From contig CAWCOW010000003.1 in assembly GCA_963797305.1 (NCBI GenBank), forward strand, positions 856,043 through 920,042: a stretch of DNA of 64,000 nucleotides, written 5' to 3'. This stretch comes from an uncultured Alphaproteobacteria bacterium. GTDB taxonomy: Bacteria > Pseudomonadota > Alphaproteobacteria > Acetobacterales > Acetobacteraceae. The position numbers were made by a program, and so were the translations under genes. Within the stretch, counting starts at the first letter, position 1. Each line of letters begins with the position of its first letter. Shown in pieces: positions 46,361 through 55,920 of the stretch. The notes under the pieces were generated by a model. That model did not search any database. It had not been told where the DNA came from and saw nothing but the letters and a program-made list of their open reading frames with translations.

Positions 46361-47413
46361 ATGCCAGTCAAATCCAATGTCTACGCCGCCCTGGCGGGAT
46401 ATGTCGGCCGGCCGGACCAAAAGGGCGCGATCGGCGTGTTCAGCCGTCAGGCGGACACCGGGCGATGGGAGCATGTATTGGCCGATCATGACGCGTACAC
46501 CGTAAACGTTCATCCAGCCGACGCGAATGTCGTGCTGGCTGGCACGGCGGATGGCGTGTACCGCAGCACCGATCGAGGCAAGACGTTCCGGCGCACCAAC
46601 TTCCCCGACAAGGGCCGGCAGATCTGGTCGTTCCTGATCAACTCCGCCGATTCCAGACTGATCTATGCAGGCGGCTCGCCGATCGGCGTGTATCGCAGCG
46701 AGGATTGCGGGGAGACGTGGCGTGCCCTGCCCGACCCCGGGATGCCTGACCGCGCAGTGATGCCGTTCGCCTGCCGGGTGATGCGGATGGCGCAACACCC
46801 GAGGAAACCCGGAACAATTTTTGCGGCGCTGGAAGTCAACGGGGTGATGCGCACAACGGACGGAGGCGAAAGCTGGCAAGACTGCAGCACGGACCTGATC
46901 CGGCTGGCGCAGCTTCCGCACCTGAAAAGCAAGATCGTCAGCGACACGTTCAACGAGGGCATGCTCGACGGCCACGCAATCGCCATCAGCCCGGCCGCGC
47001 CCGACAAGGTGATCGTTGCGCTGCGCATGGGATTGTTCGAGACATCGGATGCCGGGGAAACCTGGCAGGACATGGAAATCCGCCGGTTCTCGCCGACGAC
47101 CTACGGCCGCGACATCAAGGTGTCGCCGCAGGATCCGAACACGCTGTATGCCGCGCTCAGCGTGGCGGCGGCGAGCAAGGACGGCGGGATCTACCGCAGC
47201 ATCGACAAGGGCGCGACATGGAGCCGTTTCGACAAGGTGCAAGTGCACGGCACAATCATGTCGGTAGCGTTGCATCATGGCGATGCCGATCAGGTCATCA
47301 TCGGCGCACGGTACGACGGGGAAATTTACGGCACGGGCGATGGCGGGGCCACGTGGGAGGCGCTGCCTCTACCCTCCGGCGTGAAGGATATCTATTCGGT
47401 CGCGGTCGGATAA
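46361..47413 (+). CDS. BNR/Asp-box beta-propeller protein, cytoplasmic
   Basis: Repeated S/T-x-D-x-G-x-T/S-W boxes (STDRGKTF, SEDCGETW, TTDGGESW, TSDAGETW, SIDKGATW, TGDGGATW); no signal peptide. Confidence 0.85.
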   Translation: MPVKSNVYAALAGYVGRPDQKGAIGVFSRQADTGRWEHVLADHDAYTVNVHPADANVVLAGTADGVYRSTDRGKTFRRTNFPDKGRQIWSFLINSADSRLIYAGGSPIGVYRSEDCGETWRALPDPGMPDRAVMPFACRVMRMAQHPRKPGTIFAALEVNGVMRTTDGGESWQDCSTDLIRLAQLPHLKSKIVSDTFNEGMLDGHAIAISPAAPDKVIVALRMGLFETSDAGETWQDMEIRRFSPTTYGRDIKVSPQDPNTLYAALSVAAASKDGGIYRSIDKGATWSRFDKVQVHGTIMSVALHHGDADQVIIGARYDGEIYGTGDGGATWEALPLPSGVKDIYSVAVG

Positions 47414-47416
47414 TAC

Positions 47417-47773
47417 CTACCCCAACGAACTCCACGCCAGCAGCAGAACATATCCGGTAATGGCGACCCCAGCGTGGATCGCCATCGTCACCACCGGCAC
47501 CATGCGCCGCCGCGCGAGGATCGCCAGGCCCGTCACCAGTGCCGCAACGAACAAAACCGCCGCCGTGGCGCCAAACGACCCGACCCCGGCGGCGACTCCG
47601 CGAGGCGGCCCGCGCAACGCCAGCAGCAACGCCACCAGTCCGACCGCGGCGATCCCGCCATGCAGGGCACCCGCCGCCGGCGGCGGACGCGCACCGCCGC
47701 GCAGATACCACAATGCCAGACCGGTGCCGGCGGCGACGCCAAGCGTCAGCAGCGTAACGGCGACGGACAGCAC
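47417..47773 (-). CDS. Small 4-TM membrane protein
   Basis: 118 aa, four hydrophobic segments each of about 20 aa, two His in TM segments; last gene of the operon. Confidence 0.65.
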   Translation of the reverse strand: MLSVAVTLLTLGVAAGTGLALWYLRGGARPPPAAGALHGGIAAVGLVALLLALRGPPRGVAAGVGSFGATAAVLFVAALVTGLAILARRRMVPVVTMAIHAGVAITGYVLLLAWSSLG

Positions 47774-47779
47774 CGGCTG

Positions 47780-48970
47780 TCAGGCCACCGCGCCGAGGCC
47801 GCGCAAGCGCTCGATATCGTCAGCGGAATAACCCGACTCCGCCAGCACGGCCGCGCTGTGCTGCCCGACGGACGGGGCACGCGATGCCGGCACTTTCTCG
47901 ACGCCGTCGATATCGAACGGAGTCATCACCGTCAGCCCCTGGCCGTCGGCGAACGGCGCCAACGCGCCTGACTCGCGCATCTGCGGGTCGTCCAGCGCCT
48001 CGTCCACAGTCGCAACGATGCCGAACGTGACCCCCACGGCATCCAACACAGTGCGCCACTCGGCGAGGTCGCGGCGGGAAAACATCTCATCCAGGATCAG
48101 CACCAACTCCCGGGCATGCTGCTTGCGCGCGTCGGGCGTCGCGAAGCGCGGATCGTCCAGCAAATCCGGCCGGCCGATCGCGGAACAGAACCCCGGCAAC
48201 TGCCGCTGTTCGTTGTACAGCGCCATGATGAACCACCGCCCGTCGCGCGTACGGTAATGGTTCGCCAGCGCGTTCGGCGCCTGATCGCGCTTTGGCCGCA
48301 ACGGCACATGTTCGCCGAACAGCCGGGTCTGGATCGCGCAGCCGTTCGCCCACAACCCGTTCTGCAAGAGCGACGACCGCACCAACCCGCCCTGTCCGGT
48401 CTTCTCTCGCCTGTAAAGCGCCATAACGATTGCCGCGAACAGCGAAGTTCCGCTCGGATGATCGCCCATGCCCGGCATGGACCGTGACGGCGTCGTGTGC
48501 TCGTCCGCCCGCACCATGTCCATCATACCGGTGCGCGCCCAGTACGCGGTGGAATCGAAACCGGATTTCGCGGCCTCCTCGCCTTGCTCCCCGTATGCGG
48601 TGAAAGAGGCATATATCAGCCGCGGATTCAGTGGCAGCAAATCCCCCGACGCCATCAGCAACCGGTGCCGCACCGGCGGCGGAAAGTTGGTAATGAAAAC
48701 ATCCGCGGACCCAACCAGGCGGTGCAGCACCGCCTGCCCGTCCGGATGTTTCAGATCGAGCGCCAGGCTCCGCTTGTTCCGCGACGTCAACTGCCAGTAA
48801 TAATCCAGAGTCTTGCCGGGGATCGGCGATGCCGCCCGCCACGGATCGCCCGCGCCGGGCGGCTCGATCTTGATCACGTCCGCACCGAAATCCGACAACA
48901 TCGTCGCCGCGGCCGGTCCGGCGATCCAGCTCGCGCAATCGATGACCTTCAGGCCGGCGAACAGGCTCAT
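47780..48970 (-). CDS. CaiB/BaiF family III CoA-transferase
   Basis: GLKVID..IAGPAA..LSDFGADVIKIEPPG.GDPWR, RNKRSLALDLK, ADVFITNF, APSVGQHS. Confidence 0.94.
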   Translation of the reverse strand: MSLFAGLKVIDCASWIAGPAAATMLSDFGADVIKIEPPGAGDPWRAASPIPGKTLDYYWQLTSRNKRSLALDLKHPDGQAVLHRLVGSADVFITNFPPPVRHRLLMASGDLLPLNPRLIYASFTAYGEQGEEAAKSGFDSTAYWARTGMMDMVRADEHTTPSRSMPGMGDHPSGTSLFAAIVMALYRREKTGQGGLVRSSLLQNGLWANGCAIQTRLFGEHVPLRPKRDQAPNALANHYRTRDGRWFIMALYNEQRQLPGFCSAIGRPDLLDDPRFATPDARKQHARELVLILDEMFSRRDLAEWRTVLDAVGVTFGIVATVDEALDDPQMRESGALAPFADGQGLTVMTPFDIDGVEKVPASRAPSVGQHSAAVLAESGYSADDIERLRGLGAVA

Positions 48971-50109
48971 GGCGCCTGATTGCTGAAAATGATCGTGCCG
49001 GACGCCGCGAACATGCCACCGACGCCGTGGCAGACGGAGATTTTAGCACCCGGGATCTGCGCCGGGGCAATCCCGCGCATCTGCCGCACGCTTTCCTGCA
49101 GCGCGTACATCCCGTACATGCCGGAGTGCATATACGACAGCCCTCCGCCATTAGTATTCAACGGCAACGATCCACCGGGAGCGGTGTTGCGACCGGCAAT
49201 AAACGCGGCACCCTCTCCGCGCGGCACGAACCCCAGATCCTCCAGCCCGTAAATCGGGAGATGAGCGAAGGCATCGTAGATCATCAGATGATCGACGTCC
49301 TTGTGCGTGATCCCCGCTTCCTTGAACGCCGTCGGACCGGCCACGCGGAAGGCGCGCGAACTGGTGAAGTCCTCCATCTGGCTGATCATCGGCGTTTCCG
49401 CGCTCTCACCCGTGCCCAGGATATAAACCGGCTTGGTTGGAAAATCCTTGGCCCGATCGGCGGATGTCACGATCAGCGCGCCTCCGCCATCGGTCACCAG
49501 GCAGCACATCAGCAGCCGGAACGGATACGCGATCATCCGGCTGTTCAGCACATCGTCAACCGTAATCGGATTGCGAAACGTCGCCCGCGGATTCTTCCCC
49601 GCCCATTCCCGCTGCACCACTGCGACCTGGGCAATCTGCTCCACCGTCACGCCATAGGTTTTCATGAACCGCAGCACCGGAATAGTGAACATGCTGGGCG
49701 GACCCATCGGCCCGAACGGCTGCTCGAACTGCCCGTTCAGCGACGCCGGATGCACTGACCGAGGCGGCGCGCCGACACGGGACTTGCCGCTCTCGCCGTG
49801 CGTGACCAGAATGGTTTTCGCCAGCCCCGCCTCGATCGCCGCCGCCGCGTGGCGGACATGGATCATGAAGCTACAGCCGCCGACGGATGTGCCGTCGATC
49901 CATGTCGGCGTGATGCCAAGGTAATGAGCCAGTTGCACCGGCGTTTCCGCGGCTGTTGCAATACCGTCGATATCCTTCGGCTTCAGGCCGCAATCGGCCA
50001 TGGCGTTCAAGGCCGCGTCGGCGTGCAGGCCAATCTGGGACAGGCCCGGGATGACACCCAGCTCGGTGGTTTCGGCGGCGCCGACGACGGCGACTGTATT
50101 GTGCGGCAT
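48967..50109 (-). CDS. Thiolase-fold protein, SCP2/Ltp2-like
   Basis: VAVVGAAET, RSRMIA.P..LLMCCLVTDGGGALIV, IYDAF, LNTNGGGLSY.H, CHGVGG. Confidence 0.88.
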   Translation of the reverse strand: MPHNTVAVVGAAETTELGVIPGLSQIGLHADAALNAMADCGLKPKDIDGIATAAETPVQLAHYLGITPTWIDGTSVGGCSFMIHVRHAAAAIEAGLAKTILVTHGESGKSRVGAPPRSVHPASLNGQFEQPFGPMGPPSMFTIPVLRFMKTYGVTVEQIAQVAVVQREWAGKNPRATFRNPITVDDVLNSRMIAYPFRLLMCCLVTDGGGALIVTSADRAKDFPTKPVYILGTGESAETPMISQMEDFTSSRAFRVAGPTAFKEAGITHKDVDHLMIYDAFAHLPIYGLEDLGFVPRGEGAAFIAGRNTAPGGSLPLNTNGGGLSYMHSGMYGMYALQESVRQMRGIAPAQIPGAKISVCHGVGGMFAASGTIIFSNQAP

Positions 50110-50113
50110 CGGC

Positions 50114-50524
50114 TCAGCCCTTCGCCGGACGAAACAAAGGCAGCGTAATCGAGTCGGTTTGCGGCGCGAACACGACTTCAACCGGCATGTCCAGCACCAG
50201 CGCTTCCGGAGTTTGCGGGCATTCGACAATGTTGGTCATCATGCGAGGCCCCTCATCCAGTTGCACCACCGCAATGGCATAGGGCGGAACAAATCCCGGC
50301 GCCGGACGGTGATGGATCACATAGCTGTAAAGCGTCCCCTTTCCGCTGGCCGGGGTAACGGAGACGTGCCGGGACGCGCAGGCGGGGCAGAACGGACGCG
50401 GTGGAAAGTAGACCTTGCCGCATTCATCGCAGCGCTGCAGCAGCAGTTGCCGAGCCTTGGTGCCTTCCCAGAAATGCAGCGTTTCGGGCGTCGGCTGCGG
50501 CAAAGCGCGTCCGGGTTCAGCCAT
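50114..50524 (-). CDS. DUF35 Zn-ribbon/OB-fold protein (ChsH2-like)
   Basis: PFWEG-like HFWEG, QRCDECG..YFPPRPFCPAC, GTLYSY, VQLDEGPRMMTNI, PLFRP. Confidence 0.93.
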   Translation of the reverse strand: MAEPGRALPQPTPETLHFWEGTKARQLLLQRCDECGKVYFPPRPFCPACASRHVSVTPASGKGTLYSYVIHHRPAPGFVPPYAIAVVQLDEGPRMMTNIVECPQTPEALVLDMPVEVVFAPQTDSITLPLFRPAKG

Positions 50525-50587
50525 TGTCGGTTTCCTCCAATCCCAGGAACCAAACGTTATGCCGCGCCCGGACAGCCGGCAACCGGC

Positions 50588-51563
50588 TCAGCCTAGCAGC
50601 ACCGCCTTGCCGATGACCGTCCGGTCGATGACCGCCTGCAATGCCTCCGCCGCCTGATCCAGCCGGAACGCCCCGGAAATCCGAGGCCGTAATTTGCCGT
50701 CTTCCGCCAACCGCAGAAGCGCCCGCATATTCGCGTTCGCCACCTCCGGTTCGGCATCGTTCAGCCCGCCGACGCGCACGCCGATCGCGTCGATGCCTTT
50801 GATCAGCAGATAGTTACTGCGAATATTCGTCGGGCCGCCGCCCAGGAAGCCCAGAATCAGGAGCCGGCCGCCCCACGCCAGGCAGCGCAGCGACTCCTCC
50901 GCCACTTTGTCGCCGACGGGATCATAGACGATGTCAACGCCGCGTCCGCCGGTCAGCGCCTTGACCTGGTCAACAAAGCCGGAGCGGTAGTCGATCGCGT
51001 GATCCGCTCCCTCCTCCAGGCAGGCCATGCGCTTGGCCTCACTGCCGGCGGTCGCGATGACATTGGCGCCCAGTGCCTTCGCAACCTGGATCGCCGCGAT
51101 GCCGATTCCCCCGGCCGCGCCATGCACCAAAACCCACTCGCCATTCCTCAGCCGCCCCCGCTGCACCAAGGCATGAAAAGCCGTCGTATAAGCCCCGCGA
51201 AAAACGCCTGCCTGGGGCAAACTCAGCCCCGCCGGCACCCGATCGCATAGAACTGCCTTCGCATTTCCAAGTTCCGCGAAGGCGCCCCGTTGCGTGATGC
51301 GACATCACCGCATCGCCAACCGCGTAATTCGTTACGTCAGAGCCGATAGCGACCACGTGACCAGCCGCCTCGCTGCCGGGAACGAACGGAGGTTCCGGCC
51401 GAAACTGGTACTTTCCCTCCAGCATCAAAACGTCTACGTATTGGACGCCGCGCGCCGCGATGCGGACCTGAATCTCTCCCGGACCGGGCGGCGGCGGGTC
51501 GGGAACCTCCCGTAACGCTAAAACGTCCGGTCCGCCGAACCGCTCGCACACCATTGCCTGCAT
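50588..51563 (-). pseudogene. NADPH:quinone oxidoreductase family (zeta-crystallin) with one +1 frameshift
   Basis: MQAMVCERFGGPDVL..GKYQFRPEPPFVPGSEAAG, then an extra base in the GGGG run at 51285-51288. The frame continues AFAELG..AYTTAFHAL..HGAAGGIG..YDPVG..IGKAVL. Length is 976 = 325 codons + 1. Confidence 0.85.
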
Positions 51564-51638
51564 GATCACCTGCTCCCGGCCGCCCATAACGAATTGTAAC
51601 AGCCACCTTGCAACCCGCGAGGCCCGACACCCCATAGC

Positions 51639-51652
51639 TTGATTGTGGTCAA
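51639..51652. promoter_or_regulatory. FNR/FixK-type box
   Basis: TTGAT-TGTG-GTCAA, one mismatch to TTGAT-N4-ATCAA, in the AT-rich gap between divergent genes and 65 bp upstream of the Crp/Fnr ATG. Confidence 0.6.
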
Positions 51653-51716
51653 ATCTATCGTTTAGACGTTAAGGTTCGAAGGCCTCGGGTTAACGAAAAT
51701 AGCAGTCAGGTAAACT

Positions 51717-52466
51717 ATGCCCAATCCAGCCTTGGTCAAAGACTTGCCTTCAGTCAATTATGACGCGGCGGACATTACAGACGCGCTTCGTGCCATCCCA
51801 TTTCTGCACGACCTCGACGATCATGTCATTGAACGCCTGGCGACTGTCAGTTCGATCGCCGTGGCGTCCGAAGGCACCGAACTGTGCCACCAGGGCGACG
51901 CTGCCGAGCAGCTCTACATCGTGCTGGAGGGTCAGTTGACCGCCGTCAACACCGCACCCAACGGCACGACGGCCGTGGTCGATGTGATCCGGCCGGGTGA
52001 AACGCTGGGCCTGCCCACGCTGCTCGCGCAGCTGCCCCGATTGCTCAGCGTGCGCACCATCGCGCCGTCCCGTTTGCTGTGCATCGACGCCAAGGGCCTG
52101 CTGTCGCTGATCGAGGATGAGACCTCCCTGGTCATCGCGCTGTTGCGCGCTGAGGCGAGGGAGTTCCGCTCGTTGCTGCGTCAGGTCTGCGACCTGAAGC
52201 TGCGCACCACGGCGCAGCGGTTGGGCTGCTATCTGCTGTCGTTGGCGCCCGAGCATCAGGGCAACGCGACGGCCATGCGGCTGCCGTTCGACAAGCGCCT
52301 GCTGGCCGCGCGGCTTGGCTGCCGGCAGGAAAACCTGTCGCGCGCCTTCGCCGCCTTGCGCAACTTCGGGGTCGAGACGCACGGCGCGCGGGTGATTCTG
52401 CACGACATCAGGAAGCTGCAGGAATACTCGGTGCCGGACGAGATCATGGACGAGGCGTTCGCTTAG
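51717..52466 (+). CDS. Crp/Fnr family transcriptional regulator
   Basis: cNMP-binding-like domain (LCHQGDAAEQLYIVLEG), QRLGCYLL, HTH LPFDKRLLAARLGCRQENLSRAF; no N-terminal FNR Cys cluster. Confidence 0.93.
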   Translation: MPNPALVKDLPSVNYDAADITDALRAIPFLHDLDDHVIERLATVSSIAVASEGTELCHQGDAAEQLYIVLEGQLTAVNTAPNGTTAVVDVIRPGETLGLPTLLAQLPRLLSVRTIAPSRLLCIDAKGLLSLIEDETSLVIALLRAEAREFRSLLRQVCDLKLRTTAQRLGCYLLSLAPEHQGNATAMRLPFDKRLLAARLGCRQENLSRAFAALRNFGVETHGARVILHDIRKLQEYSVPDEIMDEAFA

Positions 52467-52509
52467 GCAACGGCCAAAAATTACGCTTCAGGGACACGGC
52501 TTCCTGCAA

Positions 52510-52540
52510 CGTCATGGCTCGGCTTGTCCGCGCCATGACG
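52510..52540. repeat. Short REP hairpin variant
   Basis: CGTCATGGCTCGGCTTGTCCGCGCCATGACG between convergent genes. Confidence 0.75.
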
Positions 52541-52551
52541 AGTAAGCACCG

Positions 52552-53601
52552 CTAAGCTGCGGTGATTTCCTCCCACAGCCGATCGGCGCCGGCCGCGGCC
52601 ATGTGGCGGCCGAGGAGCCGATTCCAGGCGGCATCGTTGCCGAACTCGTCGCGCCAGGACCACAAGCGGCGGGTGAGAAAATGCAGGCTGTGCTCGAAGG
52701 TGAAGCCGATGGCGCCGTGCACCTGGTGCGCGATCGCGGCACCGATCCCCGCCGCCTCGCCCGCCCGCGCCTTCCCCGCCGCGATCGGCAGTATCTTGAT
52801 GCCATCGGCGACCGCCTCCGCCGCGAGATCCGCGCCTGCCATGGCGGCGGCGGTTTGGCCGGCAAGCACGGCGAGGTTCTGCTGCACCGCCTGGAACTTG
52901 CCGATGGGCCGCCCGAACTGAACGCGGTCCCGAGCGTATTGGGTGGTCATTCCGGTCAGCCGGGTCAGCGCCCCGGCAATCTGCTGCGTCCGCATCGCGG
53001 CTCCCATCGCCGTCAGCGAGGACACAGCAACGGTCGTTGCGGCCGAAACGACCTGACCGTCGAACCGCACGGTATCGCGCGGCTCCCGCGCCACGTTGTC
53101 CCCCGGTTCAATCGACCAGGACGCCTTGCCAGCAAGCACAACCCGGTCCTGTTCGCCGTGCCGGGCCAGAACGGCCAAATGATCGGCGTTCCGGGCCCAG
53201 GGAACCCGGGTCAGCGTGCCGGTCAGGTGCCAGGCGTCAGCCGAACCTGTCAGGACCAGGGATTCACCGTCCCGCACCGGGCCGACGGACAACGCGCCGT
53301 CCGGTAACGGCAATCCCGCCTCAGCCAAAAGCCAGCACGCCAGCATCGTCTCCGCCAATGGCAGCGGCAGCGCGTGTGCTCCGGCGACGCGCAGCAGCGA
53401 CAGCGCATCGGCAACCGGCAGGCCGAACCCGCCGGCCTCCTCGGGCACCAGGGCGCGATGGAGCGCCGCTTCCTCTACCGCCGCCCACAACGCCGCCGGC
53501 CATGTCCCTTGTTCGGCCGCGCGCAGGGTCGCGGAGTCGCACCGGGCCGCAAACAAACGATCGGCGGTTTCCCGCAGCATGTCGCCTTCGGTATCCATCA
53601 T
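52552..53601 (-). CDS. Acyl-CoA dehydrogenase family protein (short, heteromer beta-subunit-like)
   Basis: LPLAETML, VPWAR, QYARDRVQFGRPIGKFQAVQQ, AHQVHGAIGFTFEH.LH..TRRLW.WRDEFG; GGAGA RBS. Confidence 0.9.
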   Translation of the reverse strand: MMDTEGDMLRETADRLFAARCDSATLRAAEQGTWPAALWAAVEEAALHRALVPEEAGGFGLPVADALSLLRVAGAHALPLPLAETMLACWLLAEAGLPLPDGALSVGPVRDGESLVLTGSADAWHLTGTLTRVPWARNADHLAVLARHGEQDRVVLAGKASWSIEPGDNVAREPRDTVRFDGQVVSAATTVAVSSLTAMGAAMRTQQIAGALTRLTGMTTQYARDRVQFGRPIGKFQAVQQNLAVLAGQTAAAMAGADLAAEAVADGIKILPIAAGKARAGEAAGIGAAIAHQVHGAIGFTFEHSLHFLTRRLWSWRDEFGNDAAWNRLLGRHMAAAGADRLWEEITAA

Positions 53602-53705
53602 GCTTTCTCCCTGGCACCGTGCTTTCATAACGCCCATCGACGGTCAACCAGGACGCCGACGCTCGTGCATGACTTTCGCGTACCCGCGGATTACGACGCA
53701 GCTGC

Positions 53706-55103
53706 ATGTTCGGCATCCACCACGCGGCAGCGGCAACGCGTTCGGCATGGCTGCGGGAGGCCGGCGCTATCGTCCGGCTGAGCTGGCCGCTGATACTCAC
53801 CAACATCGCGCAGATCGCGATGGGAACGACCAACGTCATGATGATGGGCAGGCTGGGGCCGGACGTCCTCGCCGCCGGCGCGCTCGGCACCAATCTCTAT
53901 TTCATCGCGCTGATCTTCGGAATTGGGCTGCTGAATGCGACCTCGCCGATGATCGCGCACAGCCTCGGCCGCGATCCCGGCGAGATCGACGCGGTGCGAG
54001 GCGCCGTCCAGCAAGGTCTGTGGCTGGCCGCCTGCATCGCGCTGCCATTCTGGTTTCTGCTGTGGTGGAGCAAGCCGATCCTGATCTTGATGGGACAGGA
54101 CCCGGCTTTGTCCGTGATGGCCGGAGACTATATGCGCGTGATGCAGTGGGCACTCCTCCCGTCGTGGGGTTACATCGTGCTGCGATCACTCGTCAGCGCC
54201 GTGGAACGGCCGCTGTGGTTGCTTCTGATCGGCCTCGCGGCGGTGGCGGTGAATGCGGTGGCCAACTGGTGCCTGATGCTGGGGCATTGCGGCTGCCGGC
54301 CGCTCGGGATCGCCGGGTCGGGCCTCGCGACGCTGCTGTCCGATTGTCTGGAGTTCGTGGCGCTGGGGTTTGTCGTGCATGCCGCCAAGCCGTTTCGGCA
54401 CTACCGGACGTTCGCCTGGTTCCGTTTTCCCGACTGGCATCAGTTTCGCCGGCTGTTGCGTCTCGGCCTGCCCATGGCGGCGACACTCAGCTTCGAAGTG
54501 ACGATGTTCAACGCAGCGGTTTTCCTGATGGGCCTGATCGGAACGGCGGCCCTGGCGGCCCATGCGATCGCGATCCAACTCGCCTCGCTGACCTTCATGG
54601 TGCCGTTGGGCATCGGACAGGCCGCGACGGTTCGCGTCGGACGAGCCTACGGGGCGCAAGATCGCGAGGGCATTCGGCTGGCAGGATGGACGGCCTTCTG
54701 GCTGGGCGTCGTTTTCATGGCGGCGATGTCACTGATGATGGTCCTGGCCTCGTGGCTGTTGATTTCAGCCTTCATCGACGTGGCGGACCCGAACAACGCA
54801 CAGGTCGTCGACCTGGCGACCGCGTTCCTGATGTTCGCCGCCTTGTTCCAGATTGCGGATGGGGCACAGGCGGTGGGCTCCGGCATGCTGCGCGGGCTAC
54901 ACGACACACGCTCGCCGATGCTGTTTGCACTGGCCGGGTATTGGGGGATCGGCCTGCCGCTCGGCGTGGTGCTTGCGTTCCCGGGGGGCTTGGGAGGCAT
55001 CGGCATCTGGATCGGTTTGGCGACCGGATTGATAGTCGTGGCGATCCTCATGGTCCGGCGGTGGCTGCACCGGGAGGCGTACGGCCTCCTGGCGCCGCGT
55101 TGA
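53706..55103 (+). CDS. MATE family efflux transporter
   Basis: RLSWPLIL, MGRLG..LAAGALG, GLPMA, LAAHAIAIQ, FQIADGAQAV.SG.LRGL.DTR.PM, YW.IGLP. Confidence 0.94.
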   Translation: MFGIHHAAAATRSAWLREAGAIVRLSWPLILTNIAQIAMGTTNVMMMGRLGPDVLAAGALGTNLYFIALIFGIGLLNATSPMIAHSLGRDPGEIDAVRGAVQQGLWLAACIALPFWFLLWWSKPILILMGQDPALSVMAGDYMRVMQWALLPSWGYIVLRSLVSAVERPLWLLLIGLAAVAVNAVANWCLMLGHCGCRPLGIAGSGLATLLSDCLEFVALGFVVHAAKPFRHYRTFAWFRFPDWHQFRRLLRLGLPMAATLSFEVTMFNAAVFLMGLIGTAALAAHAIAIQLASLTFMVPLGIGQAATVRVGRAYGAQDREGIRLAGWTAFWLGVVFMAAMSLMMVLASWLLISAFIDVADPNNAQVVDLATAFLMFAALFQIADGAQAVGSGMLRGLHDTRSPMLFALAGYWGIGLPLGVVLAFPGGLGGIGIWIGLATGLIVVAILMVRRWLHREAYGLLAPR

Positions 55104-55144
55104 GGTACGCTGGACGGGTCGGAAGGGAGCGGCCGGGCGGCCTC

Positions 55145-55309
55145 TTATACCAGACGCCGTCGAGTTTGACCCACCTTAGCCCGTCTCCCCCGTCATGGCC
55201 CGGCTTGTCCGGGCCACCCCCGCCAGCACCTGCCGCGACAGGTGGCCCGGACAAGCCGGGCCATGACGAGTTGGAGGCGGAGAGTCGCTATCACCGGCCG
55301 CTGGAACTA
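55145..55309. mobile_element. Composite MITE-like element (arm A - REPIN 55191-55268 - arm B')
   Basis: TTATACCAGACGCCGTCGAGTTTGACCC, then REPIN, then GAGAGTCGCTATCACCGGCCGCTGGAACTA. An inverted homologue is at 62581-62741. The right end is the mpg stop codon. Confidence 0.6.
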
Positions 55310-55906
55310 CGCCACCAGCGATTTCGAACCGCTGACGAACGGACTGCCCCGGAGATAAAACCGCAGCAGCCGCTCCGCATCGCGCGAAATGCCGATCCTG
55401 ACGCTCTGCCCGATTTCGCCCGGTTCACGGTCACCGTGTCCGAGCCATAAAGGGCCTTCCCGGCACAGATCGATCCCGTCGAGTGCACGGTCGATCCGCA
55501 ATGCCGCGGCGAGCCTTCCCGGGCCTCGCGCCAGGTCGCGCAAGCGCTCGATGCGGCGGTTTGACCGCATGATCGGAATCCCATCGAGCGGTTCGAGCGC
55601 CCTGATCAGGATGCCGGCTCCGGTCCCCGGCAACTCGCTCGAAACATTCAGCATGTATGAGATGCCGTAGGCGAGATAAACGTAGGCGTGCCCCGGCTCG
55701 AGGAACAGCGAGCGATTGCGCGGGGTCATTCCGCGGTACGCGTGTCCCGCGGCATCGCCGACGACGTACGCCTCCGTTTCGACGATACGGCCGCTGGCGA
55801 CACCGTCAGGCAACGCCCGCAGCAACACCTTGCCGATGAGCCAGCGGGCGAGAGAAACCGTATCGATCGGCAGTTCCGACCGGGCGAGCGGCGGATGGCC
55901 AGCCAT
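55307..55906 (-). CDS. mpg: DNA-3-methyladenine glycosylase (MPG)
   Basis: LARWLIGKVL, GRIVETEAY, D.A.HAY, PGHAYVY..YG...MLNV, ILIRALEP, ARGPGRL, RIGIS. Confidence 0.95.
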   Translation of the reverse strand: MAGHPPLARSELPIDTVSLARWLIGKVLLRALPDGVASGRIVETEAYVVGDAAGHAYRGMTPRNRSLFLEPGHAYVYLAYGISYMLNVSSELPGTGAGILIRALEPLDGIPIMRSNRRIERLRDLARGPGRLAAALRIDRALDGIDLCREGPLWLGHGDREPGEIGQSVRIGISRDAERLLRFYLRGSPFVSGSKSLVA

Positions 55907-55920
55907 ACCGCGCCGGGGTT

